DNA of 64,000 bases, from assembly GCA_036785375.1 (NCBI GenBank), contig JAWMAR010000028.1, forward strand, positions 1-64,000. The letters are read 5' to 3'. The position numbers and the translations under genes were made by a program. Position 1 is the first letter of the stretch; each line of letters starts with the position of its first letter. Shown here in pieces: positions 37,076-50,110 of this stretch. The DNA is from Leucoraja ocellata (lineage: Eukaryota). The notes under the pieces were generated by a model. The model was given only the letters and a program-made list of their open reading frames with translations, was not told the origin of the DNA and searched no databases.

Positions 37076-37994
37076 TTCACACTCCTTTGGGTGGTGTAAA
37101 GAGATAGGCAATGCTTTGCAAACACCAATTTGTTGTTTCCAGTGTAAGATTCATAGTGTGCTCTGATGCCAGCTCTTTTGGTTTATTGGCCTGTTAACTA
37201 AAAACTCCCTCAGTGGTTTTAAATTCTTTACAAATCGCTACCCTTTCCCAGAGCTGGAGGATAAATACCATCTGACATTGGGTTTTAGTTTTTGTTATGA
37301 GCTCTGATGTTTATAGAACAAGCTTAATCTGTTTTATGTCCTTTAATATTTCCCGAATTTTGTGAGGTACACGTATTTACAAATTGAAATATTCAACACT
37401 TCTTATTTTCATCCCATTTAAATCTCATTTTTTTCACTGATCTAATTTTACATTTAGTTGCTGCAAAGTTGAATACTGATACCTGGATGCATTCTTTTAT
37501 GCAATGAATGCTTGAAGGGTAGGACTACAATAACAATGCAAAAAACCCTGGAAATATATAGATGTTGAAATCAATTGGTCTCCTTGTATGATTAAGTTAA
37601 GATTTGAAAGATCTGTACTGTTGGGTCGAATTGATAATAACATAAACCCCATCATGCTCATCCTCTACTCCTAATACATCTGACTATATGGCTCAGTAAA
37701 GCACCAACGATCTTTAACTCACATGGTACCATTGTTGTCAGCCAGATCAACGACAATTATGACAAGGTGTACAGGAAAGTGATGGAGATCATTGTGCCGT
37801 GGTGTCAGAACAATCTAGTCCTTCATGTCAGCACGAGGAAGGAGTTGGTGGTTGAACTAAGAAAGCTGTGGGGGGGGGGGGGGGGGGGGGTAGGACAGAG
37901 GGGCCACCCTTTCTTCTTCGTTGATTTTTTAGCATGTGTGAAATGTATTTTTGTAGTGTTCTTTAGCTTGTTTTATGTGGGGGGTGAGGGAGGG

Positions 37995-38198
37995 TGTAAA
38001 TGAGTGATCAAACACACTTGTACTTTACACTAGTCTTTAATGAGAACACAGGGTTAAACACACATCCACAGTCACTGTCTCCAGTCTGCTACTGTACCGC
38101 ACAGAAGGAGAAGAAGGCGTTATTATAATTGGTAACTAAGGCGTGGTTAGTGGTATTGAGGTAGCTATATTATTGGTTGCACGCATAAACCATCTACA
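37995..38198 (-). repeat. 3' LTR of Mag element 1
   Basis: Direct repeat of 42457-42660 with 6 differences counted by eye; PPT adjacent at 38199-38208. Confidence 0.93.
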
Positions 38199-38549
38199 TC
38201 CTTCCCCTTAGAAAATCAAACATGGCGTGGAACCATGGCAACAGAGTTAAACAAGATTAAACAAAATCGCCGTAACGAACAGGCAGCTTACTAACCTGAC
38301 CCGAGCGCGTACGGACCGTGCCTTCCCTCCCCCTTCACCGGAAAGAACAGAGGAATCAGCGGGAGCTGGAGACGGCGAAGCCGCAGGGGAAACCGAGAAC
38401 GGTAGGGGGGACCGACATGCAGGAGGGGTGAAAACGCGGTCGGCACAGGGCGACCCACGCGGAGGAGGTCGCGGCACGCGAGGGGTCTGGGGCATGCAGG
38501 GGTCAGAAACCGGGACGGTTGTCGGTGGTTGGAACAGCAGCGGCGGAGC

Positions 38550-41500
38550 CTATGGACCCTCAGGCGGCAGTCTCGGCTCGTTCACGGCAAGCAGATGCTG
38601 ACGGCTCCTGCGATAAACAGTTCCTTCAAAGTCAACCAGGTAGGAACAGGGAGAGTCAGCCACTCCAACCACTGTTGCGAGACGGGAATAGCCGCTGGCA
38701 GTCTGCAGCCGAACGACCTGTCCTGGCAGCAAAGGCTTAAGAAGTTTGCACGACCTGTCGTGGGACCGCCGTTGGACGTCATGTCTTTCCTGTATGCGCT
38801 TCTGGATGGATGCAGGCTCCAACACTTGAGGCAGCAGCTTGTGTTGAGCAATCGGGATCGGTGGCCTGGTTGTTCTGGACATCAGGCGCTGGGCAGGTGA
38901 ACCCATGGTCGGGTCTCTGGAGATATTTCTGAGGTTCAGGAGGTCTAGGTAAAAATCGGAGTTTGACAGGCGCGATTGCTCCATTAAAAGTTTGGCACTC
39001 TGGACAGCCCGCTCCACAAGACCGTTGCTCTGCGGGTACTCCGGGCTACTGGTGAAATGGTGGAAGTTCCATTAGCTGGCGAATGCCTTGAACTCGTTGC
39101 TCGTGAACTGCCTGCCGTTGTTGGTCTGCAAACGGACCGGGGAGCCGAAAGTGGAGAAATATCTTCGCAGCTTGCGGATAACCATCTTGGACGTGAGCGA
39201 AGTAAGAAGGTCCACCTCGAACCAGTTCGAGTATGAGTCGGCCAGGACGAGATATTGCTTGCCACGCCATTCGAAGATGTCAGCAGCCAGCGAAGTCCAG
39301 GCCATGGCAGGCGCCGGTTGCTGTAAAAGAGGCTGCCGTTGCTGGTGGGGCGCAAGGTTGTTGCAGGTAGAGCAGGACGAGATGCGGTCTCGGATGTACT
39401 TGGCCATGCCAGGCCAGTAGAATTGGCACTGAGCGTGGGCAATTGTCGCATCAGCCCCAGGGTGCCCGCTGTGGGCCACGTAGAAGTACTGGTCGTACAG
39501 GGAGGAAGGGACCACGACCTTGTGACCCTTAACTATGATGCTGTCCTGGATCACCAGCTCGTCGCGGACCAGGAAGGGTTGAGCCTCAGCCGGTGCACTG
39601 GCGCGCTTGCTTGGCCAGCCACGTTTGATCACGGAAGAAAGTCGCTGCAGAGCGGGATCAGCAGCGGTGTGCTCGGCCAGGCACTGGAGCTGCTTAGTGG
39701 GAACAAAGTTAACGCCGAGCACGAGTAGATCCTCTTGTTCGTAGGGGTGGCGGTCGCAGGAAGTCTGTGGGGCGCGAAAGAGAGTGTCGGCAACGTGCAT
39801 CTCCATGCCCTTCTTGTAGACTAGTTTAAAGTCAAAGCGCTGTAGCTGCAACATCATGCGCTGCAGCCTGGCAGGAGCAACATGGTCACCAGCAGCTGGT
39901 GGTCAGACTTGCCCGTAAAACGGCTGCCAGAAAAGAAGTCCTTGAATTTGGAGCAGGCGAACACAACTGCGAGCAGCTCTTTTTCGATCTGAGCATACCG
40001 TTGTTCGGTGTCGGTCATGGTGCAGGAGGCGTACAAGACAGGATACAGCAATCCATCATCAGAGGACTGTAGGCAGGCCGCACCGAGCCCGAACCTGGAG
40101 GCGTCGCAGGTGACAGTGATCGGGCGCCGTAGGTCGAAAAACCTTAGTGTCGGGGTGCTGATCAACTTGGACTTCAGACAGTCGAACGCCTGCTGGTGTT
40201 GCGGGAACCAGGACCAAGCGGTGTCCTTTCTGGTCAGTTGCCGCAGGGACGAGCTCAGCTCGCTGTGGTTGGGAATAAACTTCCTTAGGGAGTTCACCAT
40301 ACCTAGGAATCGTTGCAGACCGAGCACGTCGGTGGGAGCCGGCATCTCGGTGATTGCGGCAGCCTTCGATGGGTCGGGCTTTAGTCCGTCCGAAGTGAAG
40401 ACATGCCCGACGCAAGTGACCTCCGAGACCCGGAACCTGCACTTTTTAGAGTTCAGCTTCAGGTTGATCCGCCAAGCCCGATCCAGGACGCGGGGAAGGT
40501 TCATGTCGTGCTCGGCAACGTCCTTTCCATAAACCAGTATGTCATCCACGATGATGGCGCACGGCAGGCCGTTTTTCCATCGCCCTCTGAAACACCTCGC
40601 TTGCAGAATTGATGCCGAATGGCATCCGCAGAAACTTAAATCTGCCAAACGGTGTCGAGAACGTCGTCAGGTTGGAGGAGCCCTTATCCAGTGGTATTTG
40701 CCAAAAGGAACTCTTCGCGTCGAGGACTGAGAAAACGGTGGCCTATCCGACTTGGGCTGCAACGTCCTCCACAGTCTTCATGGGGTAGTGGGGGCGCCTG
40801 ATTGCGAGGTTTAATTCCTTCGGGTTGATGCACACCCGTATTTCGTTTCTGTCCTTTTTCAGGGTGGCAACCATGGTGGAGACCCACTCGGTGGGCTCGC
40901 TGATCGCCTCCAGCACTCCCATGGCGACCATGTCGTTCAACATCGACTCAACTTTGACTTTCATGGCGTGGGACACTCTATGCGGTGCGCGGACCACGGC
41001 CGCCACCTTCGGGTGAATGGCAATTTTGTAGGTGATGGGCAGCTTGCTGTTAAACAGGTCTGGGTATTCCGATATCGGATCCAGCGAAATCAGCACTTTG
41101 TGGACCGTTCGGTCGAACGACACCAGTCCCAGGTCCTGGCATGCCTGGTTGCCCAACAGAGTCACACAGTCAGAGTTCAAAATATAAAACGTAAAGGCCC
41201 ACGATGTTTTCTTCAGCACGCAATTGAAGGTGGCCTTTCCCATAGGTCTCAGCACCCCGCCCTCGTAAGCATGCAGTTAGGAGCTCATTGTTTCTAATCT
41301 TCTTGAACAGGCTTGTTGACATTACGTTGACCTTGGCACCCGTGTCGAGCTTAGCATGGAAACTGCAATTGTTGACAGTAACCAGCACAGTCGGATCGGG
41401 TAGTCGGCCAGGTGCGTGGAGGAGTGAGAACACACTCGCCTCCCCTTGAGAATTAATTGGATCAGAATCGTGGGCCGTGCCTAGCGAGGACTGGGAACCA

Positions 41501-42360
41501 TACTGGTTATCAATTTGCATCAGCGTGTTTAAGTTAGGTCTAGAAGCCTGTGGAACTTTCCCATGGGAGTGGCAAGCTGCAGAGAAATGATTTAACTTCT
41601 TACAAAAGTTGCAGGATTTGCCGTAAGCTGGGCACGGTGACTGCTTTTGATGCATGTAGTTGCAATTGGGGCACTTACGGGGGGGCACACCACCGGGACT
41701 GTAGCTGGCCCGTGGCACAAATTTTGTGTTATCCATCCGAGGACGCGGTCTGTTTAACCCGGTCAGATTGATCGATTTTGTGTCCGACCCCCATTGACCG
41801 ATCTGAGGGTCAACAACCTCAGCCATTCTGCAGGCGTGCATGGCCTCGCTCAAAGTCAGATCTGGTTTCCTGAGGATCTCCGATCTTAACCTCTGATCTA
41901 GCATACCCGTCACTAAAATGTCCCTGGTAAGATGGTCTGTCATTGCACCGAAACGGCACCTTTGGGCTAGGTATCGCAGGTCAACAATGAAACATTCAAC
42001 AGGTTCCTCCGGCAGCTGCTTTCTGGTGAAAAAACGCGCCCTCTCTAAAATACGGTTCGAGGGCAGGTCGCAAATCTCCCTGAACTTGCGCAGCAGGCAT
42101 ACCGGGTCGTCAGCGGTCTCTAGAGGTATCTGTACCTGATCATCGGGACCCAAGACTGGCGGGTCGTAGGTGAAGGTTCTTGCTCTCCTCATGGCATCGG
42201 GGCCGGCAAGGTTGAGGAGCAGAGAGGCTTTGACCGCATCGGGCTCGTTCCGATGTGCGATGTTGATGTAGTGGCTGAAGTCCAACTCGAAGGTAGCCCA
42301 GCGCTCTGCGATGTCAGAATCAAAGATGAGGGGCGCGGGCTTTCGGCACGAGGATGCCAT
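38550..42360 (-). pseudogene. Disrupted gag-pol of Mag element 1
   Basis: Consecutive ORF pieces in different frames: 41170-42375 (gag/protease), 40743-41255 and 39854-40648 (RT/RNase H), 39072-39857 and 38550-39017 (integrase). Confidence 0.9.
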
Positions 42361-42456
42361 GGTCAGTGAAAGCAAAATTTAGAGAAAGAAATAAAACTCA
42401 GAAAAAGAAATAAAACCCGGGAAACAGCAGACGCGAGTCTTTTCCGACTGACACCA

Positions 42457-42660
42457 TGTAAATGAGTGATCAAACACACTTGTACTTTACACTAGTCTTT
42501 AATGAGAACACAGGGTTAAACACACATCTGCAGTCACTGTGTCCAGTCTGCTACTGTACCGCGCAGAAGGAGAAGAAGGTGTTATTATAATTGGTAACTA
42601 AGGCGTGGTTAGTGGTATTGAGGTAGCTATATTATTGGTTGCATGCATAAACCATCTACA
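42457..42660 (-). repeat. 5' LTR of Mag element 1
   Basis: Direct repeat of 37995-38198; PBS adjacent at 42448-42456. Confidence 0.93.
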
Positions 42661-43245
42661 GAGGGGGTTAGGGAAAACTTTTTCTAATCTCTTACCTCGA
42701 CGGAGATGCGCTATTTTTCTGTATTTCTGAGGTCTAACATTGAGGAGTTGTCCGCCTTTGTTAAAGACCGATTTCGAGAGTGCCACCGCGGGAGTTGTGG
42801 GACTTTAACATCGCGGAGCTCGCAATCCCTTTGCCATGGATCGACCTCTGAGCTCTACCGCGTGTGCCTGCGGACTATAACATCACGGAGCTCGTGGTCT
42901 CTGGTTAGAGACCAACATCGGGAACTTGCCATAGGAGCTTCGATCGCACCGATGTGGGAGCTTCGACCGCCCCGACGTTTGGGCTTCGACCATCGGCTGC
43001 AGGAGCTTTGATCACCCCGACGCCGGAGCTTTGATCATCCCGACGGATGGTTCGACTGCCCCGACCGCACGAGAAAAATGAGGCCAGAAGGTTAGACTTT
43101 ATTGCTTATCATCTAAGTGAGGAATCCGCTGTGGTGGATGTTTATGTAGTTATATGTCTTGTTGCTATTTTTGGTATGGCAGTATGGTAATGCACATATC
43201 ACTGCACCTTAATTGGTTCACGTGACAAGAAAATACCTTTGAAAC
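42661..43245 (+). repeat. GC-rich SINE-like repeat (5' part at about 37900-37994), split by the Mag insertion
   Basis: Internal GGAGCTTCGATCGCCCCGA-type repeats and a TCACTG..GTGACAA tail. A related uninterrupted copy lies at 43480-44146. Confidence 0.6.
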
Positions 43246-43479
43246 TTTTGATCAGGAAAGCATAATAGCATTTTATTTTCTTAGGCATCTGAGAAGGTTC
43301 AACATGTTCATGAGAATTCTCTCGAACTTCAACAGATACACTACAGAAAGTATTCTGACGAGGTGCACCTTGGCCTGGCATGGCTTCTGCTCTGCTTATG
43401 ACCATCTGAACCCTCAGAGTGTGGTAAATACAGCACAGTTCATCACATGTTTGTCACTTCCTTCTATATCCACCAGGGG

Positions 43480-44146
43480 CGCTGTACGATTGGCAGCCCC
43501 GTCAACAGTCTGTGTTGTTTCGTCTGTTTAAAACATTTTACTGTGTGTTAAAAGTTTGTGTAAATGTTCTCTGGTTTGTTTTATGTGGGGGTTGGGGTTG
43601 GGGGTCGGGGGAATTTTTTTTTCAGTTCTCACCTTGCCGGAGATGCAATTACTTTTCGGATCATCTCTCCGGTCGCTCTGCGGCCTACCATCGATGGAGC
43701 TGGAGGCCTCCTCGGACTGACCTTGGACCCCATCATGGGGAGTGAACTTAACATCGGAGTCGATCCCTTGCCTGCGATCGTTCCAACCGCGACCTGCGGA
43801 CTTTACATCGGGAGCTCAGTCTCGGGAGAGGCCGAGTCGGGAAGCTCCAACGTCGTGGAAGGTTCAACCAGCCCCAAAGCGGGGTTCGATCTGACATCCC
43901 TCCGATGCAGTAGCTGATTGCCCCGATGTGGAGGGCCAAAATGCCGCCGGCTATGGGACGGAAGGCTCGAGGCCCCCGAACGTGGGAGAACAAAGAAGGG
44001 AAGAGATTGAACTTTTTTTCGCCTTCCATCACAGTGAGGAATGTGGAGGAGTCACTGTGGTGGATGTTTATGTTAAAATGTGTTATGTGTGTTTCGTTGC
44101 TTCTTTTTGTATGACTGACTTGGCAAATGAAATTCCTCGTATGTTA
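43480..44146 (+). repeat. Related GC-rich SINE-like repeat
   Basis: Shares TTGTTTTATGTGGGGG, CGGAGATGC and CTGTGGTGGATGTTTATGT with the split copy. Confidence 0.55.
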
Positions 44147-44945
44147 CATGTGGATAAATGTGAGGTTATCCATTTTGGTGGGAAAAACAGGAAGGCAGAT
44201 TATTATCTAAATGGTGTCACGTTGGGAAAAGGGGAAGTACAACGGGATCTGGGGGTCCTTGCTCATCAGTCAATTAAAGTAAGCATGCAGGTACAGAACG
44301 CAGTGAAGAAAGCGAATGGCATGTTGGCCTTCATAACGAGAGGAATCGAATATAGGAGCAAAGAGGTCCTTCTGCAGTTGTACAGAGCCCTAGTGAGACC
44401 ACACCTGGAGTATTGTGTGCAGGTTTGGTCCCCTAATTTGAGGAAGGACATTATTGCTATTGAGGAAGTGCAGCGTAGGCTTACAAGGTTAATTCCTGGG
44501 ATGGCGGGACTGTCATATGCTGAGAGAATGGAGCGGCTGGGCTTGTATACTCTGGAGTTGAGACGGATGAGAGGGGATCTTATTGGAACATATAAGATTA
44601 TTAAGGGTTTGGACACGCCGGTGGCAGGAAACATGTTACCGATGTTGGGGGAGTCCAGAACCAGGGGCCACTGTTTAAGAAAAAGAGGTAACCCATTTAG
44701 AACGGAGATAAGGAAACACTTTTTCACACAGAGTTGTGAGTGTGTGGAATTCTCTGCCTTGGAGGCCGGTTCTCTGGATACATTCAAGAGAGAGCTAGAT
44801 AGGGCTCTTAAAAATAGCAGTCAGGGGATATGGGGAGAAGGCAGGAACGGGGTACTGATTGGGGATGATCAGCCAAGATCACATTGAATGGCGGTGCTGG
44901 CTCGAAGCCTATTGAATGGCCTACTCCTGCACTTATTGTCTATTA
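44147..44945 (+). mobile_element. CR1 LINE, 5'-truncated
   Basis: VDKCEVIHFG...[13 protein letters not shown]...RTRGH; TATTGTCTATT tail. Confidence 0.9.
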
Positions 44946-45279
44946 TCAGCTGATTTTCAGCAAATGTTTCTGTCACTCAGTTGCATCCTGTTAAAGTGGC
45001 AAAGGCATCACAAGGCTGCTTCCTGTTGCATTTCTAATGGGACACTGGTAAAGTGAGGTAGCTGATCTCTGGCCCAATGCTCAGGCTTTGCTCCCGATAT
45101 GAATGGATGCCTCAGCTACAACAGATTTAATTTGCTACAACCAAAATCCAAAAGAGATCTGTAATAATAATGGTAGATTGTGTTTACATATAGTGTTATC
45201 TGATTTGATTGGATAGCATGTAAAACAAAGCTTTTCACTGTACTTAATAAATGCGAACCTAAACCTGAACTTATGTTGG

Positions 45280-46200
45280 TTAGCGAGCAGGGGATATTGT
45301 TACTAATTTGCACGGTTTGTGGTCTGTCCATGAGGAAGCCAAGGATACAGAGCCCAACTATTGGAGCTTTATGAAAAGTTTGGAGGGGATGATTGTGTTG
45401 AATGCTGAGATGGTGGTAAACCAGTGAGATAGCATCTGTAAATTGAATCGTATTAAGGTCATTTCTGAGGCAGGAATTGATTCATGTCATAACTAACCTT
45501 CCAAAGCACTCAAAGAAGATCACAATGCTCCTCTTGTGCACCAGTACAATGGATATTCTTCTGAAGCAGGTAGGAACCTCCGAAGCAAAAAGTTGGTCCT
45601 TGAACACTCCTGCCAGTTGTTGCACACAGATCTTTACCACCGGACCAGGTATGTTTTCTGAGCCTGACACTTTGGATCTTTGACGTCAGCCTCAAGGACT
45701 GAGACCACAGGGTCATCGGTTGTGGTGCTTCATGTAGGTGTGCCATTGTTCTCCCTTTGCATGTGGTTTGCTGTGTAGAAGGTGATAGCATGAAAGCCTT
45801 GCCACTGCTGTCAAACGTTCGACTATAATTCCTGCTCATGGTGGCCTTTAGAAGTTCATACAAACATTTTTTTTTTGTGTGTGTGACTCCGGACCACCAG
45901 TCTTAAACACCACAGTCTAGCTCTCAGCAGATCACAAAGCTCCTAGTTCATCAATGATAAATCAATGACTTTGATGCATGCTTTGAAAGGGAGAACAATG
46001 ACAAACCTACATGAGCCACCACAGCACCTGATCTCAGTCCATGAAGCCATTGTTAGAGCATGGCTCCGTCCACTTATTTTAAAGCTGTCTCTTGACTGCT
46101 CTTCTGCATCCTATGACCAACACCTCGTAGTTCTCTTCACTGGTGGCATGCTCTTCAGTCTCTGTCTGCACGCAGAATAACAAAGCAAGCTGGGTAGTCA
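45280..46200. mobile_element. Degenerate, rearranged Rex1-like LINE remnants
   Basis: QQLAGVF..VPTCF....I..V.K and ECFGRLV on the minus strand; fragmentary. Confidence 0.55.
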
Positions 46201-47557
46201 GATTTTCGAAAGTGCGTGGAGTAGATTGTGTGGTCGGCACTCATAATGGTGGTTTAGCTGCTAGTGATTTGAGCTGCATTTCGTTTTTAGCAATTTACTG
46301 TTAATTCATTCTTCATGGAAAATTTCCCAGATACTGTGTGAACTTGTTTTTCTCTCCCATTAAGTAGCTCTTAAGCAACAGGTGTTAATGTTTTCTCAAG
46401 TCCCAAGGCCCTACCTTTCAACCTATTACTAGAATTGGTAGCCACTGTATTATGTCGTAATCTATATTAAGCCACTAAGTCATTTCCTGGACTGTTCCTT
46501 AAGTGACAACAATGTCACATTTAGCTAATGCATTTAGTCATAGATGATGTACTTTATCTTTAAATTTTATTCTAAATGTTCCTGTATTTTGTTCCGATCA
46601 TGCCCTTTAAGGTAACCCAATGCTTGCCACGATTATTGGTATTGGTTTGATTTATTATTGTTGTGTACCAGGCATTAATTACTCAGGGTAATTACTCAGG
46701 GTAGGCAGTCAGTCGGCTTAAAAAAAAATTAAACCGCACATGTGCAGATTGTTCTCTCCGTAAAAATAAAAAATAAAAATAAAAACAGTAACAATTCAAT
46801 TTGTCCAAGGCTTCCTAGTCTCCTTTATTCTGTACTGAATGGGTGGGGGTGAAGGGTGATGGCAGGTGGAGAGATGGTGGGAAAAACGGAAGCACAGGGA
46901 AAAGTTGAATCAGTTGTCATCTAATTGAATGACAACACTTGTTCAAGAGACCAATTGGGAGGAGAGTGCCTTTCACAGCGTGTGGAGAGTCTGTGCCAAG
47001 GGTAAAGTTGCGGGGAGGGTAGGACTGTTGAGAAGGAGGGGGCGGGGATAATGCCAGTAACTCACTCACCGCTGCTGCGGCGCTCTGGGCGCGGAGCCAC
47101 CATTGTAGCCGGGGAAAGAAGTAGCTCGGGTGGCTACGAGTGGCCGCCAGGACCGGACAGCGGAACTGGCCGCCACATCAGCGCCTTCTGCCAGCCCGCT
47201 CACCTCTGGCAGTGCTCTCCGTCTGAACATCTCTCACCTGCCGCTTGCCGACTTCGCTCATGTCAGCCGCTTCCCGGCAAATCCTTAAATTCCCACAGCT
47301 GAGTAACCTCAATCGCGCTCTGAGGCAGAAAATTCCACAGACAAAGTGGCAAGGCGAATAACCTGATTGGATGATTTACACAGAGCTTCAGGATAGGCAG
47401 GCTTCCAGGGCATTGGGGCAGAAAGGTAGGGGGTGAAGGGTGACAGAGAGGGTCACAATTCTTTTTCTAAGGAATAGGGTGTTGATAGTGGATTTGAGGA
47501 AGAGAGAGATCTATCAATCAACTTGTATAATAACAAATATAATATAATATCAAAGAA

Positions 47558-47860
47558 CGGCAAGGTGGCGCAGCAGTAGAGTTGCTGCCATACAGCGCTT
47601 ACAGCGCCAGAGACCCGGGTTCGAATCCAACTGCAGGTGCTGTCTGTATGGAGTTTGTACCTTCTCCCTGTGACCACATGGGTTTTCTCCGAGATCGGCT
47701 TCCTCCCACACCAAAGGAGTACAGGTTTATAGGTTAATTGGCTTGGTATAAAATGTAAATTGTCCCTAGTGTTAGTGTGCGGGGATCGCTGGTCAGTGAG
47801 GACTCGATGGGCCAAAGGGCCTGTCTCCGCGCTGTATCTCTAAACTAAACTAAACTAAAC
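47558..47860 (+). mobile_element. HE1-type SINE
   Basis: TGGCGCAGCAGTAG A box, GGGTTCGAATCC B box, (TAAAC)n tail. Confidence 0.87.
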
Positions 47861-48050
47861 TGCAGATGCTTGTGTAAAGCAAAGATAGACACAAAATGCT
47901 GGACTAACTCAGCAGGTCAGGCAGCATCCCTGGAACACATGGATCAGTGACATTTCGGGTCAGAATCCTTTTTCAGCCGGACCTGAAAAGTCACCTATCC
48001 ATGTTTCTAAGCAGCCTGACCTGCTGAGTTACTCCAACACTTTGTGTTTA
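47860..48050. mobile_element. Degenerate inverted pair of Penelope-derived units
   Basis: ACACAAAATGCTGGACTAACTCAGCAGGTCAGGC and its reverse complement GCCTGACCTGCTGAGTTACTCCAACACTTTGTGT. Confidence 0.72.
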
Positions 48051-50110
48051 TCAATCAACTAACATGGGTTCGGGTAGTGAGATATGGTCAACAATTTAGT
48101 GGTATAGGATCGAGGAACACAGAGGTAGGTCTCATGAAGCCGGGTTCCTGGAGTGCATAGGGAGACATGCCACAGAAGAGGTGAGTTCACAGCTAGGCAT
48201 AGTTACTTAGAAGAGACAAACCTTTTTTTCCCCATTATGCAGTGACAGATATTTAGGTATAAACTGTTTCCGTTTCTGGAATCTACAATTACTATTGCCT
48301 TCACTAATCCTTCTCTGCTCCTTCAAAAGCAGAAGCCTAGAAAATCCTTTGCATCTTTTGGGCTTTATTAACCCCTGTGTGAAATTGAAATGTTATTTAA
48401 GTCTTGATAGTTTTCTTATCAGTCCAATCAAGATTACAAATATAAAAACTGCGTTTATTCATTTTGCTACATGAGAGTACATGTTTTATTTACAACTGGC
48501 ACAGTATGGTAGTTATTAAAAGGATGGGTACTCCTAGGCAATGCTACTGTTGGTGTTTATTTTTTTGTGTGAGATGATGTTGTGAGATGCAGTTAGCCCC
48601 CATGACAGAAAAGTTGCATCGAGGACTGATGGACTGATTTGTGCTTGTAATCATCTAATGAAGCTCCTGTTATCATTCTACACATTCCTGAGTTGATGAA
48701 AGGAATGGAAACTGCAGAATTATCTGTTCATCCACACCATGCCCTTGCTTTATTTTAATGAAGAAAAGAATGACCTTTCCATTGTCAACAGCTAATCTGT
48801 TAGTCTTTTGAAATGCTTAACTACCATAGGTTAATTTGAGAAGAAGATAGTTTGCAAAGGGATCCGAGCTGTATTTTGCACTGAAGCAAAACATAAATTG
48901 TGCTTATGGTGCAGAAGCAATTTCATAACTTTGCTTCATGGACTATTCCTTTTTGAGGAATTTATTGGTTCTATAGTTTTTGTGAGATGTACCAGAGTGG
49001 TGCCACATTTTGATTATGTATATATTGGTTTCATACTGGAGTTTATGTTTGTGTATCTGGGTAGTGTTCCTTTTTATTGGGCTTTCTTTCTGACAAAACT
49101 GGGGGAGGTGGACAGACTTGAAAGAGGAGAAAAGAACCAGACTCATCCAGCATCAGACATTATCAGTTGCCTCTGTTGCATTTTTAATGAATTCTGAGCC
49201 ACATTGCCAGGTCAGTAGAATTTAAGTCGATGGAAAGGCTGAAATTGTATATTCTTCCAGGCTGAACATTGTGTTTGTACTGAGTCCAGTTCTCATTACA
49301 AAGGTGGAGAACAAAAGTTCAAAACCTTGGAATTGTGGAGAGAAATATCATAAGGATGATGCTGTGGCGGCTCCCAAGGGTCGTGCCATCATACTGTCGA
49401 ACTCCTCGGCATGGGAGTGGTTCAGTCCGGAGGCGACCCTTAGCCAGAGGGTTTAAAGGCAGGGGTTTGGGTGCCATCTTTCTCTTGTTTGGTCTTCCCT
49501 ACAACCGGGAGGAACATAATTAAAGGTGCCTCTCAAAACACTGGACTTTGTGCTTCCTTTTGAGACCCACGCACCACAATGCTAACATTAGAATTCACTT
49601 GAATCTTAAAGCAAAATGAGGGCGATATCACACAGAAAAAGCACCCAAGGGTTACCTCTGAAATATTATGAATATACAGAATAAACAAACCAGTCGCTCT
49701 CTCAGCTAAAGCAAGATATTATCCAGGCGTTACTTCGTAATGAGACTAAATGTGAAGCTTGTTCACCCATTGGATAACTATTTGAACTTCCAAGAATGGA
49801 ATATGATTTGAAAGAAATCCCATTGGGCAAGGTCAAATATTGTGGCTTCTCTGCAGGCTGGGTTTCTGTAAATACTATACTCTCTGATATTGTTATCTTA
49901 GTGACCTTGGGTCCAGATCACTCCCTATCCTAAGTGTGTGGGTGACACAAAATGAAGGCACGGAAAGCACGGACAGAAGAAGTTGCAAATATCTCCATTA
50001 GAGATACTTAAAATCATTAAGGGTATAGACAGATGGACACAAAATCTCATTAATAGAATAATCAAACACTACAGGACAGAATGAAGGTGATAGAAAGGTT
50101 TCATGTTTCA

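Larger units (their letters stand above)
37995..42660 (-). mobile_element. Full-length Ty3/Gypsy LTR retrotransposon (Mag clade) with frameshifted gag-pol
   Basis: 204-bp LTRs at 37995-38198 and 42457-42660 (TG..CA); 5-bp TSD GAGGG; PBS TGGTGTCAG; PPT AGGGGAAGGA. Gag has two zinc knuckles, protease LDTGA, RT IVDDILV, RNase H DAS..GLGA, and integrase HHCC. Confidence 0.95.

Noticed and set aside
42790-43070. CRISPR-like spaced repeats (GGAGCTTCGATC)
   Set aside because: They are irregular, degenerate internal repeats of a SINE-like element in a vertebrate genome, with no cas genes.
43468-43486. CTCF site CCACCAGGGGCGCTG
   Set aside because: It is one base short of the core spacing and lies at a repeat boundary.
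43928-44887. 319-aa ORF as a host gene
   Set aside because: It is a chance fusion of a SINE-like repeat with a CR1 ORF2 fragment.
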